This document shows positions 62,271 to 64,000 of a stretch of 64,000 nt of DNA, piece after piece. The DNA is from Heptranchias perlo (lineage: Eukaryota). The stretch lies in NCBI RefSeq assembly GCF_035084215.1, contig NC_090340.1, positions 3,596,001 through 3,660,000 on the forward strand, read 5' to 3'. Position 1 is the first letter of the stretch; each line of letters begins with the position of its first letter. The position numbers and the translations under genes are program-made. The notes below the pieces were generated by a model. That model did not search any database and had not been told where the DNA came from. It saw nothing but the letters and a program-made list of their open reading frames with translations.

Positions 62271-64000
62271 TCAGGGAGGTCATAATAACAACGATAAGAG
62301 ACGGAACTTAAGTTCACCCAAATTGGGACAATTACGAACGAACTAACATGAGAATATGAGGGAATTCCATGAATAGTTAGTGTTTTGCATGAAACAACGA
62401 CGTCGTTCCCTACTGGAGGGGGAAGGGGTACTTGAACAGCCGCTGCGTTCCCGTTTCCAGGCTGTTCGTACCTCGGTGTGGACGTGCATTTTCATACCTG
62501 ACAGTTCCAAGCCTGAATTTCTTCAGTAGGGCGGTGAACATATATTTCTCGTCATAATCGGGATATCTCAGATATACAGGTTGCAAAGAAAATAACGATT
62601 ATTAGGGTGAATACCGGGCATTCCATCTTACGAGTGAGATCAGAGTGAAGTGAGAAAATATGCAAACAGAACCTGCATGTTACAGAAAAGCCTATCATCC
62701 CTCCAGGCTTTTGGAATAGCACCTCTCGGTAAAACACGGAGGTTTAGAGTGAAGAATTAATAATATCTATTCTCCAACGTCTTAAACGTTTCGTTGAACT
62801 TTCCACTGAGTGTAAATTTGTGAGTTGAGTGAGGGCGCTGTTGTGTTCGCAAAACGTTTTCAGACCCTGAACCCAGAACATCATTAGATTTAGACTCCCG
62901 CCTGTCGCTTGTTTCATATTCTAACAGAGAGAATGAGAGAATTTTTCCGTTTAGGGATGTATTTGACGGCTGCAGTTTTATCTATTCATACAAGAATTAA
63001 CTTCTTCTCAATGATAGAATGAATATTTGATAGCTAACGTACCTGTCGTGCGTTTTAGTTGGTTGAAGAGCCAGAAGCATTAATCTGTCGACGATCATTT
63101 CTATTACGTATTGCCGAGGTCCCTTTGGTAATGCAGCGCAATGACCTACCAAACATAATTGAACGACTATTCTTATTTGCGTTTATCCATAAAGGGATTC
63201 CTTGCAGGAATTGTTTTCTTGTCCCTGGTAGCTTGATTAACTTGAAAAGTTGATATGGGCCTTTTTTGAGGGAAACACTGGCATTTTGTATTCTGTTGAA
63301 TAGCTCTGATGCATTGGACACATTATTTATCACCACCGTGAATCGAATCATTTAACATATAGGAATACATTAACAAATCCTTGATCCCTTTGTGAGTTCA
63401 CGTATCACACACCAGAGTGCTGTAAACCAACAGAAACATCCTATTGGAGAATATCTCCGGCGTTTTTTCCGATCTCCTGCCTTAACTATGGTGGAATATC
63501 GGCGTATACCCTGCATAAACGGCGTAAACGGCCTTTCTTCTGTGTTATATTTGTACGTTCTTAACCGAGTGCTTCCCGTTACACCACCGATGTTTTGCAA
63601 ATCAGTAGAGAACTGGAATAAATTGCAGACCTCTCTAACCAGAGATGGTAAAAATGGATCTAGTGATATCAGATTCGATATGGACTGTACCTGAGACTCC
63701 TTGCACATGATGTATGAGCTTATTTTCAATATTGCATCAACATCTGCTGTACAGCGCTTCAGGCAGAATCCAAAGCGTTATGATAAGTCTGAGAGGCATT
63801 GGATGCTGATGAGAAACAATATAGACAGATCTTGTTCTGGTAAGTGTGTCTTTGAAGCTCAATCTAAGGAACTTTTATAACACTGTCGCACAACAGAAAC
63901 AATATTGAATTAAGTACAAATATCGGTTCCAATTCAGCAGGTACGTTCTTGAATGCTCCGAGGACCAAGAATCATCTTGAATTTGATTTATGATCCTGAA

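Overview
Vertebrate genomic DNA, very probably a cartilaginous fish (inferred from the repeat families present). Most of the window is transposon-derived. One host gene can be reconstructed exon by exon on the minus strand (26179->21129): a 7-exon, ~370-aa Ig-superfamily inhibitory receptor. It has a leader, a germline-joined VJ-type V domain, a C1-set domain, an uncharged TM helix and two duplicated ITIM/ITSM exons (SIRP-like architecture). Head-to-head with it, 291 bp from the ATG, is a near-intact full-length CR1 LINE (26471-31317) with a tandem-repeat CpG-rich 5' end, an apparent 5'UTR intron, an esterase ORF1 and a TAATG-coupled ORF2. Two decayed endogenous retrovirus-like elements carry mutually homologous env C-termini. 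Element 1 (32711-~43800, minus) has gag-CCHC, protease, RT, a degenerate RNase H tether plus a second RNase H, integrase, a short env and a 76-bp foldback at its PPT/U3; this architecture resembles lokiretroviruses. Element 2 (51361-57336, minus) is non-autonomous, with ~99% identical LTRs, a tRNA-Leu PBS and an aberrant 48-bp flank duplication. Also present: a Harbinger inserted in a Harbinger inside the element-1 gag, a Penelope fragment with a minimal hammerhead ribozyme, an old ~3 kb tandem duplication, and many CR1/L2/SINE fragments, several deeply nested. Repeat boundaries were judged by eye and are approximate. Family assignments rest on motif recognition, not database searches.
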